Positions 1-12,900 of a stretch of DNA of 64,000 nt are shown here, one piece after another; the stretch's first letter is position 1, and the number at the start of each line of letters is the position of its first letter. Position numbers and translations under genes: made by a program. The notes beneath the pieces were generated by a model. The model did no database searches, was not told the DNA's origin, and saw only the letters and a program-made list of their open reading frames with translations. The stretch is from Botryllus schlosseri (taxonomy: Eukaryota), in contig CM119372.1 in assembly GCA_051294905.1 (NCBI GenBank), positions 25,298,001 to 25,362,000 of the forward strand. The letters are read 5' to 3'.

Positions 1-99
1 CATATTCTTTTAGTTTCGTCTTATACGAGTAAGCGATTTCAATATCTGGAGCAACGACAACCGTTACCGCTTCACCGCGACCTTTGGAGATTTGCAGAC

Positions 100-465
100 A
101 AATCTAGTGTCAAAGCTAGCACAGAAGACACCAATCCAAGTGGGTTCGAATCCCGGTTCTGATCAACGTCTGAGTGTCGAAGGTTTCTCTGGGCTCCTCA
201 TCGTTAACCCCATTGCCATAGCAGTGTTTCAAAAACCAAGATTGATGGTAAACTAAGCCAAGAAAGTCGGCTGCAGATATCAAGATCCAGGCGCTCGCAA
301 TACGAGAGAGAATGATGTTGGAAGCACGCGAGTGTGGATGTCGTCCTGAAGATTACGAAGGCAGAGATACTGAACATTACCAAATCATTGTCGTGGAGCA
401 CATGACCTTAATATAGGCGATAAGCACCATTGTTATGTATTAAATAAACAAACAAACAAACCAAA
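100..465 (+). mobile_element. tRNA-derived SINE, degenerate (related to the 45540 SINE)
   Basis: B box GGTTCGAATCC near 143. Body blocks resemble 45540..45816 (gtgtcgaaggtttctctgggctcctcatcg vs gtgttggaggtttacctaggctcctcctcg; atgaccttaatataggcgataagcacca vs atgaccatagtagtcgacaaacacca). (CAAA)n tail near 445-465. 5' boundary approximate. Confidence 0.6.
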
Positions 466-815
466 GAAGATCGATCATTGCGCGACTAAAATTAAACAAT
501 GCAAATATTACGTAGGCCTATATTAAGCGACAGATCCATTGCGGTAACGACCTGATTTTTTTAGACCCTTCGCGACTGTGTTAGAATCACTTCGTAATCG
601 ATGCCGTTGCTGCCGTAGCTGTAGATGAGCGGTTGGTGGGATTCCTCACTTGAAAAAATTAAGAATGCTTGGAACGCCAGTTGGTAATATTTTGACATGT
701 TTTGACATTTTGGCGCTGCATACACAATAGGCATTGCATTGCATTGCACGCAGGATTACAAAATATTTATGAGATCACAGACACACACCGTGGGAAATAT
801 TTGATGAGGTAAAAG

Positions 816-818
<3 letters not shown>

Positions 819-850
<32 letters not shown>

Positions 851-1040
851 ACGATACGACCGTGAAGGTAACACCCGCATCAAACACTTGACTCTATGGA
901 TAAAGTCTGGCTGTAAAAAATGTTAGCTAATAAAGGAAAAGAAAAAAGAAAAAGTAAACGATGGTAGCAAATGATCAAATGAAGCAATGTCTGGGCAAGG
1001 TAGGACAACGGTGTTAATATAACGACAAGAGGTGGAAAGT
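819..1040 (-). mobile_element. LINE 3' UTR remnant with (TC)n tail
   Basis: A (GA)n run followed by sequence closely matching 24770..24965 (gtctggctgtaaaaaa...aaacgatggtagcaaatgatca...gaagcaatgtctgggcaaggtagg), which is the 3' end of the LINE at 24651. Confidence 0.65.
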
Positions 1041-1520
1041 AGTAATAAAACAATGGTCTTGGACCCGCATTGGATGATTAACACAACTTTGGGGGGATCT
1101 TTACGCACATAGGCAATTTCACATACATAGTGTTTTGTTCTGGAAAATCAGCAGCTTTAGTCTATATAGGCTACTTCCGCGTGAAAAATGTTCAAGGTTA
1201 CTGAATGAAATTGGTCAATAATATTGCTACTTGCATATTACATATTCGCTATCATTATCAGATTTACCCGTAGACATGATGGAAGCAGTGTCTTCAAAGT
1301 CGTTAGTGTGCCGCGCACGAATAACGATTCGCATTTATTCACATGGCGCAATATTTCCCGCCGGCCTTCGAAAGTTTATCTGGGCATCAATGAATCGAAC
1401 GAAAATGACTAAGGAAGAGCTGTCTAAAATTGATTGACAGGGACGAAAATATCAAGAACGAGCAATGTTACATCGGTCACTAGACCGAGGTGGAAGCCAG
1501 ATTGAGAGACCCGTAGCTAG

Positions 1521-3030
1521 TAGGGATGGTGTGAACCTCTGAAAGGTTCAGGTTCGTGTGAACGCGAACCTTTTTGAAAGGTTCTGTGTGAACGCGAACG
1601 TGAACCTCGTGACGTCACGTGACGTCATATTGTTAATTCGAACCCTGTCCCTCAATGAAGTGATAGCCTATATTAATGTACACGATACCTAGCGACGACT
1701 CGGGCCACATAATGCAACAATGCTGAAGTACATCATGGATATATAGAATATAGAATAGTTCTATATATCCCTGAAGTACATATTGGCGTTTTAAACGTCG
1801 CTAAATGTATCAACTGAGGCAACCATAGGATATAATACTCCCATAAAATCAATATCTTTAGTCGCTTTGCCAACAATTTCGACGAGGACTTACCAGGGAA
1901 TATACGCTTACCCCTTAACGGTTTAGGCCAGACCGGACAATGTATTCGGCGTATGAGCATTGCTACATTGATATTGAGCAGAATGTAAAATGTGTTTCCA
2001 GTGGTGGCTTTTGGGGTGGGCGAGGTGGGCGGTCGCCCCCCCCCCTGGTCGAAGGGGCCCCCCTATTCGGATTATGCGCTTTTTTAAGAATAAAACGAAT
2101 ATACATGGAAATCCGTGTACCAAGCAAGAATATGATTCCGTACAGAGGTGTCAATCATCATCAAATCTGTGCATTTGTTAGAAAAGTCCCATATCCCGAT
2201 AATCGTCACGTCTCTGCATGCGGTAGAATTAGTTTTGAATTAGAATTAGTTTTGATGTAATCTATCCTCGCACACATGCAATAATAGACATTACCGAATC
2301 CAGCACCTGGCCAAACCGTGCCGTGGTGAAAGATAGATAATAATATCAGATGGGAAAGGGGAGTCTGGGGAGCGGAGCCCCCCATAAGTTACGGTTAGAT
2401 ACTTATAGCCCCCCCCCCCCGGTAAGTCTCGCCCAGGGCCACCACTGTGTGTTTCTATATACTTGCTACCGATGTTACCCCATTAAGAAGTTAAACAGCA
2501 GTAGCCAACACCTCAATGGCACGGATTTGGTTTCAATGATGCAGTATAGAGATATGAAGTCAAGATTGACCCCGTACGTCTTCTCGAATTTTTACATCAG
2601 AAAACGATATCAATATATCTTATTGATTGGTTGAATATGAATAAGCATCATTCGCTGACTGTGTATTACGCTCGTGATGTTGTGTGATTGCGGGTCAAGC
2701 TCACAGCAGAGAGTCACTAAATATTCACAAACGGAAAGCTGGATATTTCGAGCAAACTTTTGTAACACAGCAAGTAAAACTTTTGAGATTGTCAAGGTGC
2801 ATGCTCGTTCAGTGTTGATTTTTAATGCTGCCAGCGCCATACATAGAGTGACCCGCAGTTGAAATGCAATAAATTTGAACCAAAGATGTTATAATGAAGT
2901 GAAAATTGTAATATATGAAAAAGGTTCACAGTGCAGAACCTACCAAGGTTCTGTTGTGAACGCGAACCTCTAAATTTCCGAGGTTCGCACACAGAACGCG
3001 AACGTGAACCTCACGTTCACACCATCCCTA
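1521..3030 (+). mobile_element. hAT MITE family A, copy 1 (carries a nested 449-bp MITE)
   Basis: TIRs TAGGGATGGTGTGAAC...GTTCACACCATCCCTA, with subterminal GTGAAC/GGTTC repeats. Flank GTAGCTAG recurs at 3033-3040 after an extra TA. Colinear with the copies at 40538 and 46205. Confidence 0.9.
1999..2447. mobile_element. hAT-type MITE nested in family A copy 1
   Basis: TIR CAGTGGTGGC...GCCACCACTG, GC-rich subterminal C runs, perfect 8-bp TSD TGTGTTTC (1991-1998 / 2448-2455). Absent from the other family A copies. Confidence 0.9.
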
Positions 3031-3112
3031 TAGTAGCTAGTATAGTGGATGTATGTCGTCGGATCTGCTAGAGTTGTAACCTGAGCTCCACGTAATGTGT
3101 GGCTATATAGTT

Positions 3113-5166
3113 CAGTGGTTCCCAAACTTTTTCGGTGTGAGGGCCAAATTTAGAATTTCAGAGTACGGTCGGGGCCGCACGAATACTACGGCTATGAAAC
3201 GGACCCAAACAGTCATCATGGCTATTTCGGAGTATAGTTTTATTGCCCTGGCGAGATTTCAAAACTGTACACTGTTTACCGCTACTTATCTGCTGCATTG
3301 GGTGTCCGTTGAGTGAATCAGCTTTTCTCGCCTAAACGCGCGAAGCGTGAGACATTTCTTTAGTTTCATGACTGAATCGGTCAATATGATCAAGAATTAC
3401 ATGTATTGCTATCAATTTTCATCCTGTCTCTGTTCACGTATTCTGATTTACCGGTAGAGCGGAGTGAGATGTGTTTGAAAAGGTACGGGCCCCCTCAATA
3501 GTAATTAAACATGACCGGGGGTATACCCGTTGGTAGGAACGTAACAGCACTTCGTCTGAACCCCGGGCTCCCATAGGGTGATAAACTGACCCCGCATCAC
3601 GTTGTTCGCTTTTGCCGCGAAATTAAAGTTGTACTGTTTAGCGAGACAGCGTGACGCGCGAATATTCCGATAATTCATGATAAATCGATGAATAAGATCG
3701 GGAATTGCAAGGTTGTCCTCTTTGTCCACGTAATCAGATTTACCGGCAGAGCTGAGTGAGAGGTGTCTTTGAAACTACAGACCCCGTAAAATTAAACATC
3801 TTCGGGCGGGCGGGCCTCTAGGTATGACATCTTTACATCATGTTATTTCGTTACCTCCTGTCTGCCATATCAAAAAATGTAGGTTTGCCTAAACCTACTA
3901 AACTGAAAGATCACACGATTTCAGATTGGCATTTCTTCACTGGCATATAATTGTCTTTCCTGCGGGATGGTATTTGTCTTGTGAGGTTCAGATTGCCAAG
4001 ACAAGAACATTCGGCGCCAGTCATTTAGCCGCCTATATGGACAATTAAACCTATATGTATTTTGTATATATATCAACGTTTTTGGTATTTTGAAGTTTTT
4101 GGTCAGCATAAAAGCAGTCCTTTACGGCCAGGCCTTTCTCGCTGCCAATCGTTCTGACACACTTCTTGGAGTCACATGTCACATGGCCTAAAACTTCATA
4201 TGTGTTGGTGCGTTGTGGTGCGGTCATGGCCAACGCTGATATGCCCATTTCTATAAACCTTGCGTATTTTTTTCTTGGAGAAGAGTACCCAGTAATCAAG
4301 ATATGTGGCGAATTGAAATCGCGCACAGCGCGAAAATTTTTTGAATGCATACATTTTCAAAAAACACTCCTTAATTTATGCTAATTCACGAAATAATTTT
4401 GGGCCCCCTTCGAGCTCGGCCCCCCTCAATCGGGGGTTTGGGGTGCGGCAGTTACAGCCCTGACTATAGGACTAACAATTATGCTGCTTTTAGCCGGCTA
4501 AGCAGTATGCATCTCGGCGTATTATACCGTGAGTCACGTCTTGCTTATCATACGGTTACCATACGTCCTCTTTTAAGATGATTTGTCCTCTTTTTTGATT
4601 TTTTTCAAAGTGTCCTCGGAGGACACCCAAATGTCTTCTTTTTTGAGATTTTGTCTTTTTTTTTTAGGATTTTGGTTACATATAGGGTCAAATTCGCTGA
4701 TATACATTAAGTCAGCACTGTAGGAATGCTACGGCGACTATTTCGGGAGCTGGGCCGGAAAACTGAACTTTTTTTCAGTCAACCACCTGTTAATGTGAAA
4801 GAAAAACTGTATTTTCCGGGAGTTTAGTCTCTTTTCTTTTTTAGTCAAGCGACCACGAAATGGGAAAAATTCACCATTTTTTCAGGATTTTCCTCCGGTT
4901 TTGATAGTTATCAATACCTATTTATATCTATAGCTACTGCTCGTTCAACTGGAAAGTTAGGGCACATTGCATTGAAACAGCAGTGACGTAACGTTAGCAG
5001 TCTATACTCACAACTTTCCTGCAATTCTATAATTAAAAACTACTGAGGCCAAGCCAAGCAAGAGTATTTTATAAATATAAATTATTTTTTTTGTCATGAA
5101 TCGATTTCTTAATATATTTTGGGGGCCGCAAGAAGGCTATCTGGGGGGCGCGCTTGGGAATCACTG
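3113..5166. mobile_element. Old Charlie/Buster-type hAT element with nested repeat fragments
   Basis: Ends CAGTGGTTCCCAAAC...TTGGGAATCACTG; degenerate TSD (ATATAGTT / GTATACTC). The interior holds repeat family B (~3365-4330, similar to ~6895-7545) and a GGTTACCATACGTCC end near 4554 that matches 12720-12803 in reverse. Confidence 0.55.
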
Positions 5167-5504
5167 GTATACTCAGTAGGATATCGCAAGTGTGTCTGGC
5201 GTATGATTGAAATACACGGGCTAATAAATGGTAAAAGGCACGCGGTGCGAGAAGAATGACATAAATCACGTGATATACAGATATGGGCGGTGTACTGTTA
5301 TATCTTATATGTGTAAGAACCGCGAGAGGGCGCAGGGCGGTATCCTCCTATCTGTCCAGTGTTCATCACGTCGATTTATGTCTTGTAGTGGAGATGTGGT
5401 ACCGACGAGACACTGGGATCGAAAATATCTACTTGAAATTCTCCCTGATAATCCCATGATTACACTCTGTGAATATTGTTAACAGATGCATACTGGCGGA
5501 ATCT

Positions 5505-5767
5505 ATTTTATTCCGCTCGTGTCCCTGGAACTCCCACAATCAGCTTCGAATTTTTCATTGTTATGGAGATTGGCATTGAGACGCAACAATGCTGTCTGGC
5601 GAAACGAGAGAGTAGCTCAGGACGTAACAATGCTGTATGGCGAAACGAGAGTGTAGCTCAAGAGAAAAAGAGCCAGACACCATCGTTGCGTCACAATGCC
5701 AATCTCCATAACAATGAAAAATTCGAGGCTGATTGTGGGAGTTCCAGGGACACGACCGGAATAAAAT
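5505..5767. repeat. Near-perfect hairpin / foldback MITE
   Basis: Arms of ~95 bp (attttattccgctcgtgtccctggaactcccacaatcagc... / ...gctgattgtgggagttccagggacacgaccggaataaaat). The centre contains a duplicated acaatgctgt.tggcgaaacgagag.gtagctca block. Confidence 0.85.
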
Positions 5768-5934
5768 TTATATTTTCGTAATCAGTGGAGAGTCAGCTTT
5801 CGATTGATACCCATTTTACCAAATTTAATGCTCGGCAAGCCAGTCAAAAATGACCGTAAAATTGCCTGTAGCCAAATGGAAATTGTGACGTGATACAACT
5901 TCACTGATGCGTGAGATTTGCCTGTGTCGACACT

Positions 5935-6535
5935 AGAGATGGGCTTAACCGATATTTTGCAGTAGCAGTTACGAACTGCTACTTTTGAAATATTAACTGT
6001 GATTTTTAACTGTTACTTTTTAGCAATTATATTGGAGGTAAAGCCTACGTCACAATTGACCGCTAATTTAGTCGAAAAAGTTCAAATGTATTAGTTTACT
6101 TCTAAACTCGCCGAAATCAAACCTTAAACTAACAATTAATTATGATTGAAGTTATAATCATACGGAGTCGTTTAGCCTCGTCTTACAATAAAGCTAGGAG
6201 AAAATCCATTCATGGAGTATATTTACAGAACCGCCCATCTTGTGCCCTTCATGACAAATATGGATGTAATTTTGCAACCGAGGTTGTCGTGGTGGTTGAA
6301 GATAAGCACTGCTATTGTCAGAAGTGTGAAGTGGTGGTCCGGTTGAGACTGTAGTGTAATGGCACTCGCTTGTCGAATAATGAAACACATCAGAGAACTA
6401 CCACGATAAATGAAGGCTATATTGAATGTTACGGCCATGTGCTTAAGTGCTATTTTGTTAACTGTGATTTGGGTTAGCAGGTAACTGCTACTGCTACTTG
6501 AAAAGCTTAACTGTTACTTTTTAACGGTTAAACCA
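5935..6535. mobile_element. Degenerate hAT(Ac)-like MITE
   Basis: Left end TAGAGATGGGCTTAACCG; subterminal aactg(c/t)tact repeats at both ends; right end ...AACGGTTAAACC is broken; no TSD seen. Confidence 0.45.
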
Positions 6536-6662
6536 AACGGACGACCAAACATTCTTCTTTGCCTTGCTGTAGCTTAGTTTATTGCATACACAGCAAGAAA
6601 AGTTGGAACATCTGAGTTTTTGAGCATATGTCTCAAAGGTTTCAGGTCGAGTGCCTTTGGAC

Positions 6663-9098
6663 CAATGTTCCCTCTAATTTTTCGAGAGTCTGCGCAAATA
6701 CGCCAACTCACTGCGCAGGCCCTCGGACAACAGTGCGCAACCACTCTCCAATAGGGTGATAAAACTGACTACTGGGGGCCGGGCTTCGCCCCCCAGAACC
6801 ACCAAAGGGATCTAGGCTTTTCCGGTGCTTATCATCTACATTGGGTGCCCATTTAGTAGCAGGGTCCCTAAACGCGGGTCCCTAAAAATTTATATAATTC
6901 ATGATTGCATCGGCCTATATGATCGGGAATTGCATATATATTGCTATCAATGTTTATCCTCTCCCTGCTCACATTATCAGATTTACCGGTAGATCTGATC
7001 TAGTGAGGTGTGTTGGAATAGATATGCCCTCTAAATAATAATAAAACATCTTCGGGCGTACCCGTAGATATAATGACTATGTTACGTGATGCTATTTCGT
7101 GGCCCCCTATCTGCTATGTCAAAAGATGTTGAAATCGCCAAAACGTACTTAAAGTAAAAGACGTACACGATTTCAAATTGGTATTTCTTAACTGGAAAAT
7201 AATGTTCCCTCGATATGGCATTTGTCTTGTTGTGGGACTCGGATCGCCAGGACAGGAACATTCGGCGCCAGCCATTTAGGCGCCTATGGACATGGACAAT
7301 TACACATGTATTTGTATATATCGAAGTTTTCGGTCGGCACCGGGGCAGGCTTTTTCGCCCAAGGTTTTCTCGCTGCTGATCGTTCTGGCGCACTTCTTGG
7401 AGTCGCATGTTACATAGCCTTTAACTACATATGCCTTGGCGCGTCGTGGTGCAGTAATGGCCGACGCTCAACTGCCCATTTCTATAAATTATGCGTAATT
7501 TTTGTTGGGAAAGGGTACCCAATACGGGGTTTGGGTGCGAAAGTTACGGTCCTGAGTAAATCTTACGCAATGTTCATGCCACGCGGAGAAGACTATTCGT
7601 CAGTTTCTCGGAGATTAACTTCGAGCTAGCCCATTATTATTTATAACTTTGTTAAACCATGTTATTTCGCCATTCCCAGAAAATAATGCGCTATTGAAAT
7701 GATATCAGTATCGCTCACGCGTACGAGACCATACTAAAAAAATATCTTCCGTGAGACGCACGTGATTGTGAATTCTTATTTCTTCACGGAGCGCAATAGT
7801 TACCTTTGTGGGGCGCACTTGTACCTCGATTTCAGACTTCAGTGATAACACTATTTGGCCCTGACAATGTTCCATCTTAATTTTCACGAATCTGCGCGCC
7901 TGCGTGGTCCATTGGACAACAGTGCGCAACAACTATAAAAAAAACATCATTTCTGATTTTTTGTGCGCAGCGTAGTATTTCTGTGCGCAGACACCGTTTC
8001 AGCACTGCGCATTTGCGCACGTGCGCAGCTTAGACAGAGATGCCACTCCTGGGTTTTTCCACCCAGATCTGGGTTTTTCGAGCATCACCTGGGTTTCTGG
8101 GTTTTTGTGCTTGAAATCTGGGTTTTTTTCAACATCAGGTTTGTCAGGTCAATTTCACGGCGCAAAATTGATTATTAGCTTAGTAAGATGTTATGATGTC
8201 GACGGATTCTACTGTGATTGAAACGGCAGAGTCTAAAGATACCCATTTATTATTAAAATGAGAGGTCTTGGCGTGATGAGAGAGCTTAATTGAATACTGA
8301 TCGACTACTAGGTCGCAGAAAGTCATTTTCACAAGGCAACTCTGGAGCATTTGTTTTGCAATTCAAAACGATTTAGGACTTGAATGCTAGCGCTGCAACA
8401 AATTCGTTGTGTGTCAGTAAATAGTATGTAACTGCTGTAAAGTATGCAATTAATGCACATGGAAAGGCCAAATGTTGATCTAACTAATCTACCATGTTGA
8501 CATCAGAGTATATTCACTTTCAACAGGGACACTCAAAGAGAGAGTTTGCATGGGCACCCGGGCAAGTTATTCAGAGTGAGAGGGGTTTGTAAAATTCAAA
8601 TGTACCCTTAATTTCATGATCTGGCAGTTTCTTTTTCGACTAAACATCCCAGATAAAAGTGCTTGTCCCAGGTTTAATGAATCGAAAGCTATTTTTAATA
8701 TATCTGGTCAGCTCACAGTCACTGGAACTACCCTAAAATCATCCTCATCATAGATAGGGGTTAGCATTGTGACAAACGAATATATAATAAACCACGTATT
8801 GACCTACCCCCCTTACCGAATGCCCGTAGCAATGTGTCGAGAGGAAAGCATCATATTTCGATGGATTTGCTCATTTAACAGCAAAATATATAGTATGACA
8901 ATGAACAGTTGGGATTTCAATATCAAGGGCTAAAACTTCTTCTGTGTCCGTATAACTGTCATTGATGACTCTCAGTCACTGTTTTACAGCTATATCATAT
9001 AAATTTGAGTGAAATACAGGATCTGGGTTTTTTCAACGTCCAAATCTGGGTTTTTCCAAAATATCTCAGTGGCATCTCTGAGCTTAGAGGGAACATTG
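6663..9098 (+). mobile_element. hAT element family C (composite)
   Basis: TIR CAATGTTCCCTCTAA...TTAGAGGGAACATTG, perfect TSD CTTTGGAC (6655-6662 / 9099-9106), TGCGCA subterminal repeats. Contains a family B fragment, a second internal left end near 7865, and the 8035 element. Confidence 0.85.
8035..9080. mobile_element. hAT MITE inserted in the right terminus of family C
   Basis: TIR CAGAGATGCCACT...AGTGGCATCTCTG, perfect TSD AGCTTAGA (8027-8034 / 9081-9088), (a)tctgggttttt subterminal repeats. Confidence 0.9.
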
Positions 9099-9739
9099 CT
9101 TTGGACCCACCCGGTGGTGGCCGATGATACGTTCGAGCAACAAATTTGGAACGTTCGTAAATATTTCTGAAAAGGCGGATATCCGTGTAGCCTATATTTG
9201 TTAATTTCCGCGATAGGTAGAGCTTGGATCAAAGTGTTGACCCAGCAAAGGATCTGCTGTCACCGGCTGAACATTCAGGGGCCAAAAATCATTTTGTAAT
9301 TTCTGATCCATCTGTACCACGTCTCCCCTACATCGCATTGTAGTGATTGTACGTATCATGTGCCTAGCGCGGACGAATACATCTGATCCAACGGTTAGTA
9401 TATGTTTAACGTACTAATACCTATACCGGAGTTACGCGGATTCTCAAATCTCGGAATCCGATTCCATCAACTCCCACTGTCAATTTAAAATTACGATTCC
9501 ATGAAAACACTGTTAAAATCATGGTAACTTACCATAACTCAGCAAAAAAGTCCTGCTAAAATCTGACTTTCAAAGCAATAATTCAAAATATGGGGACTAT
9601 GTTAAAAATCAATGAAATCCTGCTCCTGCACCCGAAGTGGATCGTGATCACCTCTGACCACCACGCCACTCACCACCACGTCAACTGAATTACGGATTAA
9701 ATAAATATAAAAGCCAAAACTCTACTCGTGCAATGTCAG

Positions 9740-9745
9740 TTTATT
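9740..9745 (-). terminator. Candidate polyadenylation signal of ABCB9
   Basis: AATAAA on the minus strand ~205 nt downstream of the ABCB9 stop codon. Confidence 0.45.
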
Positions 9746-9950
9746 GGAAGGTGCTGTTACTATAGTAATACTTCAACGGCACTTGCATCCGAACAACGAA
9801 AACAATACTCAATCGGCAGCAGTAAGGAAAAAAGAGTACGTACAGAATAAGGAACACGCATAATGTTTCTTCAAAAACGAAATAAGTCAAAGATATCTGA
9901 TGGGTGTGGGTATTTTGGAAACTGAAAAAGTATCGCATACTGCGCCGCGA

Positions 9951-12900
9951 TCAGACGAGGAGGTCTGTCGACTCGTCCGAGTCATAAATAACGCTTTTTT
10001 CTGAAGCGAAAGACGACGCTATGCCGGAGAGGTAACTAGTAGTAGGAGACCCAAGTTTTCTCTCTACAGACTTGCTGGAACGGACGGACACGGACGAAGC
10101 GCCGGTGGGCTCATCTTCGATATCCGGGTCGTCATCTTTTTTGTGAAGTTGCCTGGAATTGAAATTATTGACGCGAAATTCTGTCGAAGTGTGTTCGAGT
10201 GGAGGCTTCCGAGGCAGGGATTGAATAATTAGACAAATATTATATTGCATGCCCGACTTTCAAGTCAAGGAGGTGGTCTAAATTCTATGATCTGTAATTG
10301 TATTGTAGAACGAATTTTGTTAATAAGATTTAACATACCGGTAGCTAGTCTTAAGGGGCTGAACTACCCCTCTAATTGGAGAATCAGAGAAATATCCATA
10401 AATTTGAAACTAATGAAACAATCTTTCTAAAATTTGGACAGCGTTACTTCTTCTTCCACGTCACCACCAATGTTGCCAACTTCGACCTATTGACCACCTA
10501 TGTTAAAACCAATATTTTGTCGCGATACGATCGTATCATTTTTTTCATTTCCATTTTCAAATATTGCAGGCAAATCAGAGTGTATACTACTGTACAAGCA
10601 AGGGCGAAGCCACTAGCCAGATAATGATAACTCAAAAGGTGTGAATATGTTCAACTACAAACTGAAGAAATGAGACAAATGTGACTGCGAAAGTAGTAAG
10701 AGACGGGGGCCGTACAATTTGCATCGGAAAGATCCGAATGATTGCATCGTTATGGAAATAAACACATAACATTCGGTAGATGGACATCGACAAACCTGTG
10801 TACAAGTTTGTAATACATGCCGGACTTGCGCATTAACTCGGTGTGAGTACCCTGCTCCAGTACACATCCTTTATCTATTACCACGATTTTATCAGCAGAT
10901 TCCACAGTGCTCAGTCTGAAAAAGAATTCAAATTCACGATACGCCCTACAGAGCAAAACACGTCGCTTGCCTGTGCGCAATCACTATGACAGTTCTGTCT
11001 TTCATGGTTTGCTGAAGAGCTTGCTGAACCTGCACAGAAACGAGTTGTAGCTCGACAGAGACGAGTTCGAAAATATCAGTGACTCACCAAAAATTCGCTT
11101 TCAGTATCTAAAGCGCTCGTGGCTTCGTCTAGGATTAGAATACGGGGATTTCTGATCAAAGCGCGAGCAATCGCGATTCTTTGCTTTTGCCCGCCAGAAA
11201 GTTGGGTTCCCTTCTCGCCGCATTCTAGCAAAGAGAAGATAAGAAATGTGCCTCTTACACTTGCGAAGTTCCCATGGCAGCAAATCAATCATGGAATTCA
11301 TTATGATATAAAAGGTGGATCGTTCAAAAGCATTGTCATGAAAATTTCACAGCTCGTCAATAAAAGCGAGACGTGACTAAAATGCGAATTTGTTGTATTC
11401 AAGTACACTTTATGTTCCACAAAATCAACGTACAGTTACTGGAGGCTATTGATCGTGTCAAAATGGTCACCTTGAAACTCAAACGCAATCTCTTCGGTTC
11501 ATATTTATCCAGACCTCAGACTTACCAATCTGTGGTGTAATTCTCAGTGCCCACGGTTATTTCAACATACTAGTATTTGAAGAGGCTCTTGGAGGTACAA
11601 AACATTGATATGCCAGTACAGTAGTATAGTATATTCATATCAAAATAAATCTGAATGTTTCAGTTGAAAATATTCAAGCATATTTCAATATCAATATCCT
11701 ATACAATTGTAAATCAATATTTGTACAAATTGAGTGTTGAGGCCAAGGTTGTTATCAACTTTGAAAGGATATTACATATCATGTTTTACATATTGTGCCT
11801 TGAAGAGCTTCTTGAAAGTGTAGAACTTCAATATACAATTGAATAGTGTATTCATATTGAAATGAATCCAAATATTTTCGGGTGACACTCGTCAGGGGTA
11901 ATCGTCAGCAACTAGGAGAGATTTAGAAGAAGATTGTACATAAACAATCGTAACACAAAATCTGAGGTCACCAGCATGGAATGAAATCTCAAATAAGAGA
12001 GCATTCGATGTACTTATCAAGATATCTTATCTCAAAAATTGTATTTTACAGTGAGAGTTTATTCCGATTGAACTTCAAATAGAGAAAGCATTTACAGAAT
12101 GATTATACCTGGATAACAACAAAACTGTTGAAGTTGTTATCGTATTTGTTGCATCAACTAGAATTACAACTACTACTACAGTCTACAGAGTATAATGATC
12201 TTTGCAATGAGAATATAGAAGACCGAGATATAGAGGAGAGATATCATTGACTAGGAAAAAGGATCATGATATGCTCACCCGTATCATATTGTTGTCCTAG
12301 CGAAGTGATAAAATTATGCGCATTTGATTTCCTAGCGGCTTCCACAATGTCAGAATTGTGATATTCTGATGGGTCCAGCCCATACGATATATTCTCTTTG
12401 ATTGATCTTGCGTAGAGGACTGGTTCTTGCCCGACCAGTGAAACCTTGGAATTCAAACACATTATTGTTACATGACTGCTGTAGTGTTATGGCTTTGATT
12501 TCATAGTGGCTCGTATGAAGGTATTACAACAACGATGGGTACATAGGCTACTTATAGTCCAATAACTGTAATTATTGGTGATCAAGCCTATCTATGCTGC
12601 AACGCTCCCAGATCGTCCAACTTTCTCGCTCAGCTTCCGAAATACCCGCCGGAGCGTTACTTCGGTGCTAATTTACGGTATATTAGTCGAACTTGGCCGT
12701 AAATTTGACCTAAATTCTCAAAAAAGAGGACAAAAGGGCGTCCTCCGAGGACACTTTCAAAAAAGAGGACAAATCCTCTTGAAAAAGGACGTATGGTAAC
12801 CCTACCTCAACCTAAACTGCTGTTTGAAACTAATTTTCGGGTATTTTTCATACCTTTTATTCTCTACTTGTACTTGAAGTAGTTTTGACGCATTTTGGAA

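Noticed and set aside
2610..2862. Recurrent ORFs (CDCGSSSQQRVTKYSQTESWIFR) at 2674, 40322 and 40595
   Set aside because: The recurrence is due to MITE family A copies; frames are not conserved in copy 3 and I recognise no domain.
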